IMG/VR virus record: IMGVR_UViG_2706795655_000001
Length of the DNA: 34,998 nt
DNA from: a virus
Lineage: Duplodnaviria; Heunggongvirae; Uroviricota; Caudoviricetes; Herelleviridae
Direction: 5' to 3' (one strand)
Shown here: piece by piece, positions 24,321-32,522 of the stretch
Layout of the letters: every line of letters starts with the position of its first letter
Position numbering within the stretch: position 1 is the stretch's first letter
Position numbers and translations under genes: made by a program
The notes under the pieces: model-generated
The model's input: the letters and a program-made list of their open reading frames with translations, nothing else
Told to the model about the DNA's origin: nothing
The model's database searches: none

Positions 24321-24391
24321 AAAAAAAGTTGTTGACTTTTAGTAAATAAGATGATAAGATGAAATTAACTTAAAAAAGGGAGCTGTTAATT

Positions 24392-24583
24392 ATGAATAAA
24401 GAAAACATCGGTAAAATTCAAGGTCTGGTATTACAGTGTAAAGAGGCGGGGTTATCTTTAGATAGTGAAAACGTGAAAAAAGCTATTGCGTGGCATTCGA
24501 GAGTATTTGATATACCTGTGGAGGTCATCAAGGAAACAATGCAAGAAATGTGGAGTAAAACAAGAGCTAAAAAAGGTTACTAA
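24392..24583 (+). CDS. Early hypothetical protein
   Basis: Cassette promoter + RBS. Confidence 0.75.
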   Translation: MNKENIGKIQGLVLQCKEAGLSLDSENVKKAIAWHSRVFDIPVEVIKETMQEMWSKTRAKKGY

Positions 24584-24662
24584 AAATAGTTGTTGACTTT
24601 TAGAAAACAAACGTGATACAATGATTACAGAAATAAAAAACATATGAAAAGGTGGAATTTAA

Positions 24663-24875
24663 ATGAACTATACAAAATTTTTAGAAGGTAAAAAAATGCA
24701 CATGGAAATCATGAAAAAGTATGATAGATTGGAGGAATTCATGAGCGCGCTTGATACTTGTTTCGATTTATACGAACTAGGGTATTGCTCACAGGAAGAA
24801 CAACGTATCTGGGAAGAAATGAGCGAGATGTCTGCACTAGAAATATATGGTTTGTGGATTGAATCTAAAAAATAA
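24663..24875 (+). CDS. Early acidic protein
   Basis: Cassette promoter + AAAGGTGG RBS. Confidence 0.75.
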   Translation: MNYTKFLEGKKMHMEIMKKYDRLEEFMSALDTCFDLYELGYCSQEEQRIWEEMSEMSALEIYGLWIESKK

Positions 24876-24955
24876 AAATAGTTGTTGACTTTTAGGAAAG
24901 ATACATGCTACAATGATTACAGAAACAAAAAACATATAAAAAGGTGGAATATAAA

Positions 24956-25255
24956 ATGGAAATCAGAGAAATTAATTGGAATGTAGAATTTAAAAAGGAA
25001 ATGACAGAGCTTGAAATTTACGGGATTGAAAGAGTAATCGATACTTATTATAATGATGAAGACTTTGATTTCAATACAGAGGCTTTAGGGCTGGCTTATA
25101 CATCATCTAGTGACTATGCAATGTATAACGTTTGTAACGGTGAATTTACTTATGAAGACATAGTTATAAGTCATTTCGCGGTAACTACACAAGGTCACCT
25201 TGTAATGATTTGTCATGATAACGAAGAATACGAAATAAGATTCGAACTCGTGTGA
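24956..25255 (+). CDS. Early highly acidic protein
   Basis: Cassette promoter + AAAGGTGG RBS before ATG 24956. Confidence 0.75.
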   Translation: MEIREINWNVEFKKEMTELEIYGIERVIDTYYNDEDFDFNTEALGLAYTSSSDYAMYNVCNGEFTYEDIVISHFAVTTQGHLVMICHDNEEYEIRFELV

Positions 25256-25399
25256 GCGAGTATAAACAGGCTTTAGGCTCACAGCGTCGCGGGGTTTATC
25301 CCCGCGGGTAGCAACTAAAATAAATTTTAAATAGTTGTTGACTTTCAGTAAATAAAGTATTAAAATGAAGGTAACTTAAAAAAAGGGAGATGTTTTACA

Positions 25400-26281
25400 A
25401 TGACAAAACAATTAGAATTAACACAATACGACACTTTAGAGGCTTTAGAAGGGGATATCGATGTATTAGAGGCGTTTTATGAGTATGAGGGTTCAACTTA
25501 TGTTTGCGACGCTATTCAAGAAATTGCTGATAAATTTATCCCAATCTATACACATGAATTATGGAAAAACGCTTATGACATGAAAGAATATATAGAAGAG
25601 GCGATGTCACAAGGCTTATGTGAAACGCCACGCGGGGAACAACCAGACCTAGACAAGATTTTCCAAGCAGGTTACTATCAGTATTATACACAAGTGTTAT
25701 ATAATAACGAAGCAGAACTATACTATAATTATATTGCTGTAATCGTTAATAAATGGTTGGAAGGGTTGAACCATGACCAACTAGAAAAGATTGATATTAA
25801 CGAACTAGATGAGCGTATAGAAGAGGAAAGAGCCGATATTGATAATAATAGTTATATGGAAGATATGGAAGACATCGCAAAACGTATTATTGCAGAATGT
25901 AAAGGAAAAGTAAATAAGGATGCATCATGGGAAAATTATGGAGATGTAAACGCGTTGGAGCATGGGGGCGTATTCATTAAAAAAGATATGGATTACCCGG
26001 GCGACAAATGTTATTATATCGTTAAACTTATCAATATGACCTCTGCATGCGGTGAAGATGGTTTTACAATAGAAGAGGGGTATGTAGATTTAAAAGACGA
26101 CTGGATAGACTGGGAAGCCGTTGAAAGTACTTGTGATATTGCGGACAGTGACGAAATTAAAGTGGTCGATGTATTCGGGTATTACGGGGTTAACGAGTTT
26201 AACGGGGAATCCACTATATACGATAATGAAAGCGAAGTGTTAGAGCATTTAGCGAATATTGGAATTTGTATCGAAAATTAA
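25400..26281 (+). CDS. Ocr (T7 gp0.3)-like DNA-mimic domain fused to a second acidic domain
   Basis: DAIQEIADKFIPIY...GL...DLDKIFQAGYYQYYTQVL aligns with remembered Ocr DAIHMAADNAVPHY...GL...DVIRILQARIYEQLTIDL; about 69 D/E vs 21 K/R (hand count); own early promoter. Confidence 0.7.
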   Translation: MTKQLELTQYDTLEALEGDIDVLEAFYEYEGSTYVCDAIQEIADKFIPIYTHELWKNAYDMKEYIEEAMSQGLCETPRGEQPDLDKIFQAGYYQYYTQVLYNNEAELYYNYIAVIVNKWLEGLNHDQLEKIDINELDERIEEERADIDNNSYMEDMEDIAKRIIAECKGKVNKDASWENYGDVNALEHGGVFIKKDMDYPGDKCYYIVKLINMTSACGEDGFTIEEGYVDLKDDWIDWEAVESTCDIADSDEIKVVDVFGYYGVNEFNGESTIYDNESEVLEHLANIGICIEN

Positions 26282-26342
26282 TTGTTGACTTTTAGAAAAC
26301 ACTCATGTTACAATAAGGATAACTTAATAAGGGGGTTACATC

Positions 26343-26600
26343 ATGCGAGATATTGAATATATTCTAGATGACTTGGATAAGTGGGCGCATATTCTCACAG
26401 GGCTGCACATTGAAGTTATTAAAGATATTACACCAGAGGAAAAAGAACATTTTGAGAACGAAATAGAGTTCGTGAGAGAGAAAATAAGAGAATTGCAAAA
26501 TGAATTAGAAGAGGCGGAAAAAGAAGAGGCTAAAAGGTTTAATACAGCAAATGAGCGCGCTATGTCAGAGGCGGGACATAATGAAAGGGACTTCCTTTAA
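26343..26600 (+). CDS. Early acidic coiled-coil protein
   Basis: Cassette promoter + AAGGGGG RBS. Confidence 0.75.
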   Translation: MRDIEYILDDLDKWAHILTGLHIEVIKDITPEEKEHFENEIEFVREKIRELQNELEEAEKEEAKRFNTANERAMSEAGHNERDFL

Positions 26601-26634
26601 AAAGGAGGTTCCCACGCTAAAGGGGGCGGGTTAC

Positions 26635-26817
26635 ATGGCATTATCGAAAAGAGAACGTATGCAGGAAATGGAAAGAGAACTAAGAAACTTACAAATAGTA
26701 AAAGATAAACTTATCGAAAAGTATGTAAATGAATTAGGCGTATCGGAAGAAAAGGCGCTCGAAATGTGGCAAGTAATGTATGATATCACTAAAAAGGTAT
26801 GGAGTGAAGAGGACTAA
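26635..26817 (+). CDS. Early hypothetical protein
   Basis: AAGGGGG RBS before ATG 26635. Confidence 0.7.
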   Translation: MALSKRERMQEMERELRNLQIVKDKLIEKYVNELGVSEEKALEMWQVMYDITKKVWSEED

Positions 26818-26886
26818 AAATAGTTGTTGACTTTTAGTAAAAGATAGTTTAAAATGAAAGTAACTTAAAAAAGGGAGCTGTTACAT

Positions 26887-27129
26887 ATGTTAACATTAGA
26901 AGAGAAAAAAGAAATTTCAAAGGGTTTTGGTTTAAAAGTGAATGAAGTTGAGGAAATGATAACTAAAGGTGAAATAGACATGTATAAGTCATATTCAATG
27001 TTTTTCTACGATATGCACGAAAATAAAAGTAGAGATGATTTAATAAGTTTGTTGGAAAGTGGAGAAACTGCCCTAGATAATTTAGAATACTGCACATTAT
27101 CAAGCGGAAAAGTAGCGTATATTTTCTAA
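26887..27129 (+). CDS. Early hypothetical protein
   Basis: Cassette promoter + RBS. Confidence 0.75.
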   Translation: MLTLEEKKEISKGFGLKVNEVEEMITKGEIDMYKSYSMFFYDMHENKSRDDLISLLESGETALDNLEYCTLSSGKVAYIF

Positions 27130-27199
27130 AAAAAGTTGTTGACTTTTAGTAAATAATAGTTTAAAATGAAATTAACTTAAAAAAGGGAGTTGTCTTACA

Positions 27200-27355
27200 A
27201 TGACAAAATTAGAAACGTTAATTAATGGCGGTACGGTTACTATTGAAAAGTTTAGAACGCTGGATAATTTTCTAGATGAATGTGAGCACAATGATTTAGA
27301 GGTTGAAGTGGGAAGAGATGAAGATAATTTTTACACTGTTACACTAAAGAAATAA
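27200..27355 (+). CDS. 51-aa acidic early protein (not in ORF track)
   Basis: Cassette promoter + RBS; TAA 27353-27355 runs into next cassette. Confidence 0.7.
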   Translation: MTKLETLINGGTVTIEKFRTLDNFLDECEHNDLEVEVGRDEDNFYTVTLKK

Positions 27356-27423
27356 ATAGTTGTTGACTTTTAGTAAATAATAGTTTAAAATGAAATTAAC
27401 TTAAAAAAGGGAGCTGTTTTATA

Positions 27424-27765
27424 ATGACAAATTATAACTACTATTCACAAAATGGATTAAGAGGCGAATTACATGTAATCAGTGAAAATAAATTTATTTA
27501 TAAAGTTGAGTCATACCGACAATTAGAGAGTTCGGAAATAGGTTTCTTATATAATCTTGAATTGGTGGCGGGGTATGATTACATTAACCCGGACTATAGC
27601 AACGTTCAAGGGTATGTATCTAAAGAAAACTTTGTAGAAAATATCCACTTGGAGCAAATAACGTTTTACCCTATGTCAGAGACACTGGCAGAGGCACTAG
27701 ACGACAACGGTTATAAGGTCATTAATATTAACGATTACAAGATACACCAATTTAAAGGGTGTTAG
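27424..27765 (+). CDS. Early hypothetical protein
   Basis: Cassette promoter + RBS. Confidence 0.75.
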   Translation: MTNYNYYSQNGLRGELHVISENKFIYKVESYRQLESSEIGFLYNLELVAGYDYINPDYSNVQGYVSKENFVENIHLEQITFYPMSETLAEALDDNGYKVININDYKIHQFKGC

Positions 27766-27790
27766 GCGCTCATATAGAGCGTTTAACTCT
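27764..27790 (+). terminator. Possible weak terminator hairpin
   Basis: AGGCGCTC-ATATA-GAGCGTTT with short T tail. Confidence 0.4.
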
Positions 27791-27875
27791 TCCTAATATA
27801 AATAGTATATAATAAATGTTAGAACGTTGTAAGAGGTTGTGAGGAGTCTTAAAATACATGATAGAGGTGGTATAA

Positions 27876-28052
27876 ATGAAAATAAGTGATGATGTCCGTT
27901 ATTTGCAAAAAGAATTACATGATATAATTGATAAAATACATAAAGAAACAATAAAACCGTTTTACTTACAAGACAAATATTTAATCGATTGCTTATATGT
28001 CCAAAAGTGGGGACTAGAAGACCTAATAAAAGATTTAATGGAAAGTTGTTGA
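27876..28052 (+). CDS. 58-aa early protein (not in ORF track)
   Basis: AGAGGTGG RBS; TGA stop lies inside the next -35 box. Confidence 0.6.
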   Translation: MKISDDVRYLQKELHDIIDKIHKETIKPFYLQDKYLIDCLYVQKWGLEDLIKDLMESC

Positions 28053-28109
28053 CTTTTAGAAAACAATGGTTTAAAATGAAGGTAACTTAAAAAAAGGGAG
28101 CTGTTATAT

Positions 28110-28436
28110 ATGTTAGTTATCAAAGTGAAAAAGAAAGTAGATGCAACGGAATTTGTTAATAATTTTAAACTATTGTTTAATACGTTACAAAGTGGTCATC
28201 ATGTATTTACATTCTATAATACAGTTGAAAAAGAGTGGGTGTACTTATTACGCCACGCGGACGGAACTTTTAAAACTATCAGTGTACACCAAACAAGAGA
28301 TAAGGACGCGAACACTATAGAAGAAATATCGGATATTGAATCATTTGTTTGGAAAAATAGAAAGTATATTAATAATAACATTAGTGATGATGTAACTATA
28401 CACCAATTTTGTAGTTCTGATTTAACTTATTACTAA
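28110..28436 (+). CDS. Early hypothetical protein
   Basis: Cassette promoter + RBS. Confidence 0.75.
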   Translation: MLVIKVKKKVDATEFVNNFKLLFNTLQSGHHVFTFYNTVEKEWVYLLRHADGTFKTISVHQTRDKDANTIEEISDIESFVWKNRKYINNNISDDVTIHQFCSSDLTYY

Positions 28437-28516
28437 AAATAGTTGTTGACTTTTAGCAAAAGATAGTTTAAAATGAAATTAAGTTAAACAAAACAAATTA
28501 AAGGGAGCTGTTACAT

Positions 28517-28711
28517 ATGAATAAATTCGCCGATATTTCTAAAATTGATACATGGACTACGGATGAATTAAAGAAAGCCGTTAAATACTATGAAGTGCAG
28601 TTAAAAGACCCGCGCACGGATGACAATGAAAGACGTTGGTTAAACCGCGCTGTTACTAAATGTGAATCGTTATTGAATCCCCCGTCCGAGTGGGAAAATC
28701 TTTTTAAATAG
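28517..28711 (+). CDS. Early hypothetical protein
   Basis: Cassette promoter + RBS. Confidence 0.75.
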   Translation: MNKFADISKIDTWTTDELKKAVKYYEVQLKDPRTDDNERRWLNRAVTKCESLLNPPSEWENLFK

Positions 28712-28785
28712 TTGTTGACTTTTAGTAAAATAAGGTTTAAAATGAAAGTAAGTTAAACAAAACAAATTAAAGGGAGCTGTTAATT

Positions 28786-29316
28786 ATGACAGATACATTA
28801 AAAGCGGTTGAAATTGGTACTCAAGTATTAGCTAGTGAACTAGTCGGAAAGAGTGGCTTTAATATCGCTCATGATACAACTTATATCGATAACGTGAATA
28901 GTGTCAAATGGTTTAGTGCAACTAAAACAGCGGTGGTTATTACTTATGATGGTTACCAAACAGTGACAGTACCCGCAAATGAGGTTTATGTATGGGTTAA
29001 AGAAAATGCTATCAGTTACGAGGATATGACATACAACTTTTTAGGGCGTAACTGGAAAGAGAAATACAACTATACAGAGGATAACAGCACATATGCAAGC
29101 TATGACAAGAAAATAAAAGCACTTATAAAAGAGAATGCAGGGAAGATATTATATCATGAATGTAATAGCGCGTGGGAACATATTGATAGTGATGTTAAAA
29201 AAGCGCTTGGAATCTTTAGAGGCGTTAAAACTGTAAAAGACTATTCAGTGTCAGAACTAGCAAAAATATACGTAACATCACAACGCGAACTATTTAGACT
29301 AGTTGACCCAGAATAA
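28786..29316 (+). CDS. Early hypothetical protein
   Basis: Cassette promoter + RBS. Confidence 0.8.
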   Translation: MTDTLKAVEIGTQVLASELVGKSGFNIAHDTTYIDNVNSVKWFSATKTAVVITYDGYQTVTVPANEVYVWVKENAISYEDMTYNFLGRNWKEKYNYTEDNSTYASYDKKIKALIKENAGKILYHECNSAWEHIDSDVKKALGIFRGVKTVKDYSVSELAKIYVTSQRELFRLVDPE

Positions 29317-29422
29317 AAAATAGTTGTTGACTTTTAGAAAACAAGATGATAAGATTAAATTAAGTTAATAAGGAGGCTTGCTTATACAGGAGCCTCTAAT
29401 AAATAAAAGGGAGCTGTTATAT

Positions 29423-29704
29423 ATGGAAAGATTAACTTTTGAACAATGGAAAGATGTATTTAGAAACGTAAAGGAAATAAACAATGATTTAAAACATGAG
29501 GGATTCGAGGAGGAGCCGTTGGAGGTTGTCTGGTTGGAAAGTACGAATGAATATGTAATAGCAAGTGGTTGCGAGGTTATAGAAGATGAGTTCAAAACAG
29601 AACACGAAGCACAAACAAGACTTGACAACATGGAACACGAGTATAACACATATATACAGGAAGAGGAAAGAAAGTATAAGAGCTTTCTAGAAAATAATAA
29701 ATAG
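29423..29704 (+). CDS. Early acidic protein
   Basis: AAAAGGGAG RBS before ATG 29423. Confidence 0.75.
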   Translation: MERLTFEQWKDVFRNVKEINNDLKHEGFEEEPLEVVWLESTNEYVIASGCEVIEDEFKTEHEAQTRLDNMEHEYNTYIQEEERKYKSFLENNK

Positions 29705-29767
29705 CTGTTGACTTTTAGTAAAAGATAGTTTAAAATGAAAGTAACTTAAAAAAGGGAGCTGTTATAC

Positions 29768-30103
29768 ATGCTAACAAAAAGACAAATTGAAAATAAGCTA
29801 TTACGCTTACAAATAAAGATTATTGACGACTTAGAAGAAGATGGGAATATCAGAGCCGAACACATGGGTCGTAGTTTTCTAACTGTAGGACATCCAGAAA
29901 ATAGAATCCAAGTTGCTACTACATATAATAGCAACGAAAATGATTTCGAATTTGTTGTAACAGTTATGAAGGGTGAAAAGAAAGAAATTGTTGCCACGCT
30001 ATCAGGTGAAAAAAACTTATATACGGCTACTGATGTTATCAGAAAATTTGTTAACATATATAATACAGATAAAAACTACACTGGATTTTTGAAAGGGGTT
30101 TAA
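29768..30103 (+). CDS. Early hypothetical protein
   Basis: Cassette promoter + RBS. Confidence 0.75.
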   Translation: MLTKRQIENKLLRLQIKIIDDLEEDGNIRAEHMGRSFLTVGHPENRIQVATTYNSNENDFEFVVTVMKGEKKEIVATLSGEKNLYTATDVIRKFVNIYNTDKNYTGFLKGV

Positions 30104-30106
30104 ACA

Positions 30107-30280
30107 ATGCCTAGAATCGATATTAACGAAACAACTTGTATACATGTAGACGCTGATTACCATATGTTAAAAATAAACCAATTGAAACCACTTGCTAAAG
30201 ATGGGTTTGACTATAGCACAATTTACTTGAGTAGGGAAGAGATTATTAAGTTAGCAGAACAAATAAAGGAGGAAAATTGA
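30107..30280 (+). CDS. 57-aa protein (not in ORF track)
   Basis: AAAGGGG RBS; MPRIDINETTCIHV. Confidence 0.6.
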   Translation: MPRIDINETTCIHVDADYHMLKINQLKPLAKDGFDYSTIYLSREEIIKLAEQIKEEN

Positions 30281-30281
30281 C

Positions 30282-30533
30282 ATGGTTAAAATTCTAAAAG
30301 GGTATGATGAGTACACGGTGCGACTATCACAAGCGGAATTGAACACAATTTCATTACTATTAGGGGATTACAACGGCGATGACTATATAAGAGATATCGG
30401 CGAAGACTTCGAAGACTACCCACATGAGCCAGATAACGCGAATAACAACTATATAACAGGCGTTAAAGCCGATGAACTATACAATGCCTTCTATAAACAC
30501 AGAACGCATCTAGAAGACGGAGAGGGGCGTTAA
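30282..30533 (+). CDS. Acidic hypothetical protein
   Basis: AAGGAGG RBS. Confidence 0.7.
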   Translation: MVKILKGYDEYTVRLSQAELNTISLLLGDYNGDDYIRDIGEDFEDYPHEPDNANNNYITGVKADELYNAFYKHRTHLEDGEGR

Positions 30534-30534
30534 A

Positions 30535-30705
30535 ATGAATAAGTTCTTAAGAGCTATGGAATTAATAGAACGAGCAAACAAACTATTGACAGAGGCGGTT
30601 ATGGAAAAAGAAATAACTTATGAAGACTGGGAACAAATTCATAAGAATAGTGAAAAGAGTCTAGAGGCTTGCATAAGTATATATAATAAGGGGGTTGTTA
30701 AATAA
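30535..30705 (+). CDS. 56-aa protein (not in ORF track)
   Basis: GAGGGG RBS; TAATG coupling to next gene. Confidence 0.6.
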   Translation: MNKFLRAMELIERANKLLTEAVMEKEITYEDWEQIHKNSEKSLEACISIYNKGVVK

Positions 30706-30947
30706 TGAAAACAACAATACATTATGCAAACGAATATAATATGTATGATTGGTTTAATAACATTGCAGAAAGAAAAATACAAGTGGAGGATATAGACGCA
30801 GGAAGTTTAATAAACATATATAAAGCATTTATTGAAAAATACGAGTTTGAAAAGGATTGGAGAAGAGGCAAGTCAGAAATAACACCAGCATTGCAGGGAG
30901 CTATTGCAATAATAGAAAAGTATATGTTAAAGCGTTTAGAGAACTAA
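30705..30947 (+). CDS. Hypothetical protein
   Basis: AAGGGGG RBS. Confidence 0.7.
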   Translation: MKTTIHYANEYNMYDWFNNIAERKIQVEDIDAGSLINIYKAFIEKYEFEKDWRRGKSEITPALQGAIAIIEKYMLKRLEN

Positions 30948-30972
30948 TACATATATAAGGGAGCTGTATACA

Positions 30973-31170
30973 ATGGAAATGAAGAAATACTTCAATGAAC
31001 ATGTCATACTACATGTAATAATAGACAACAACATGTATAAGATAAAAGGAAAGGTTATAGGGGCAAACGATAATATAGTGAAGTTAGAAACATACAAGCA
31101 TAGAAAGGTAAACACTAGATATATAAGCCCGAGTAAGATTGTAGGCGTAGAAGTTATAACAAACTATTAA
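30973..31170 (+). CDS. Small beta-rich hypothetical protein
   Basis: AAGGGAG RBS. Confidence 0.7.
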   Translation: MEMKKYFNEHVILHVIIDNNMYKIKGKVIGANDNIVKLETYKHRKVNTRYISPSKIVGVEVITNY

Positions 31171-31192
31171 AAACCTAAAGGAGCTGTATACA

Positions 31193-31327
31193 ATGATAAG
31201 AGTTAAATTAATAGATGTCATCAGCGGTTATAGTGAAAAGAAAGAGTTTGCAAATGAAGAGGCGCTACAAAACTATCTAAATAGAAACCCATTTATTATA
31301 GCTAAGAATAAGGAGCGTGTACAATGA
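31193..31327 (+). CDS. 44-aa protein (not in ORF track)
   Basis: AAAGGAG RBS; ATGA overlap with next gene. Confidence 0.55.
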   Translation: MIRVKLIDVISGYSEKKEFANEEALQNYLNRNPFIIAKNKERVQ

Positions 31328-31638
31328 GTACGATTCTAGAAAACTATATGGACACAAAAACGAATGAAACTGTAAAAGCTATGAAGTTTACAGATGCAAA
31401 TAAAAACCAAGTGTTTAATGTAATTACATGTACAAGAGAACCAATATTCATTAACGGGGAACCTGCTATAAAATTAAGGTCACCTATAGGCTATCAAATA
31501 GTTATGTTTAATGATTATATAGTTAAAGAGGGTGAAGGATTATTCTATGCACATAATGGTAGTGACTTTACAGAAAGATATATACTACTAACATATATAG
31601 AAGAAGACTATAAGAAGTATAAGGAGGCTAAACAGTGA
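31324..31638 (+). CDS. Member of a widespread small phage protein family (V-x-A..D-Y-I-V-K..G-x-FY..F..Y)
   Basis: ETVKAMKF...LRSPIG...NDYIVKEGEGLFYAHNGSDFTERY. Confidence 0.65.
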   Translation: MSTILENYMDTKTNETVKAMKFTDANKNQVFNVITCTREPIFINGEPAIKLRSPIGYQIVMFNDYIVKEGEGLFYAHNGSDFTERYILLTYIEEDYKKYKEAKQ

Positions 31639-31847
31639 TACATACAAAAGATTCAAATAATATATACACTATATATAAGTTTGATGAACTAGACTTAAAA
31701 GCACGTAAACAAGCTTATAACAACTATGTAGAAATGTATAAACCTTATTATAAAGCAAGTGATATTATATCTTATATAGAGTATAAACATGAGGCTATAA
31801 GAGAGAGCTTATTATATTATCAGGACGGAACAGAGGTAAACTTTTAA
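31635..31847 (+). CDS. Tyr-rich hypothetical protein
   Basis: AAGGAGG RBS, GTGA overlap. Confidence 0.65.
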   Translation: MIHTKDSNNIYTIYKFDELDLKARKQAYNNYVEMYKPYYKASDIISYIEYKHEAIRESLLYYQDGTEVNF

Positions 31848-31886
31848 ACATCACCTATTATATATAAAGGAGCGTGTACAATTAAA

Positions 31887-32069
31887 ATGTTATCAAATAT
31901 AGCTATAGAAGAGAAGTTCAAACAAGAACATGTAAGGGGACTATTAGAGCGTATATATAATAAGAGTAAAAGAGAATTGCTGTTATATATAAAGGAATTA
32001 GAGAACTATTATACTAAGGAGGAAATAAAGCACGTATTAGGCGTTATTAAAGAGGTATTAAGATGCTAG
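31887..32069 (+). CDS. Hypothetical protein
   Basis: AAAGGAG RBS (distant). Confidence 0.55.
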   Translation: MLSNIAIEEKFKQEHVRGLLERIYNKSKRELLLYIKELENYYTKEEIKHVLGVIKEVLRC

Positions 32070-32229
32070 AGTCCTATTATATATATATATATAATAACAA
32101 TTTGAACGAATTAAAGCCCGGGGTTTTGTATTTCAAGCCCTGCTCACACTAGAGTATATAAGTTGCATCTATATAGAGGAGGCGGGCGCGGGCTATTAAT
32201 ATATGAAAATTTGAAAGGTGGAATATATA

Positions 32230-32403
32230 ATGCATGAAGATAAAAGCTTAGATAATTTAATAGAGGTATTACAAGAAAATGATGATATACCAGAGGTAAT
32301 GATACATGCACATGCTAGAAGGTTTTACGGGTCTGTTAATGATGATACAATAGCGAGTGTGTGGGATGATATCTATATAGTACTAGAAGCGCGTGGACAC
32401 TAA
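32230..32403 (+). CDS. Acidic hypothetical protein
   Basis: AAAGGTGG RBS before ATG 32230. Confidence 0.65.
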   Translation: MHEDKSLDNLIEVLQENDDIPEVMIHAHARRFYGSVNDDTIASVWDDIYIVLEARGH

Positions 32404-32442
32404 TGCAGAGCCTTAAAACACTAGTAGTCAACTGCAAACATA

Positions 32443-32478
32443 ACAAAAAGACTAGTAGCCCGCTGGAATACTAGTCTT
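32443..32478 (-). terminator. Leftward-facing intrinsic terminator
   Basis: Perfect 10-bp stem AAGACTAGTA/TACTAGTCTT; the T run is on the minus strand. Confidence 0.55.
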
Positions 32479-32522
32479 CATACTATCTCTTATTCACGAT
32501 GGACAGAAAACGCCCTATATAT

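Larger units (their letters stand above)
22355..29770 (+). repeat. Array of 19 dispersed ~65-bp promoter+RBS cassettes (sigma-A early promoters)
   Basis: -35 boxes at 22365, 22645, 22928, 23515, 23853, 24072, 24332, 24593, 24885, 25338, 26285, 26827, 27139, 27363, 28049, 28446, 28715, 29327, 29708. Consensus AAAATAGTTGTTGACTTTTAGTAAA-n-TAAAAT/TACAAT/TAAGAT-GAAA..TAACTTAAAAAAGGGAGCTGTTA-ATG. Confidence 0.95.

Noticed and set aside
22355-29770. Repeat-spacer pattern as a CRISPR array or integron
   Set aside because: Repeats are promoter+RBS units and spacers are whole genes of 150-900 bp. There are no cas genes, integrase or attC-like palindromes.
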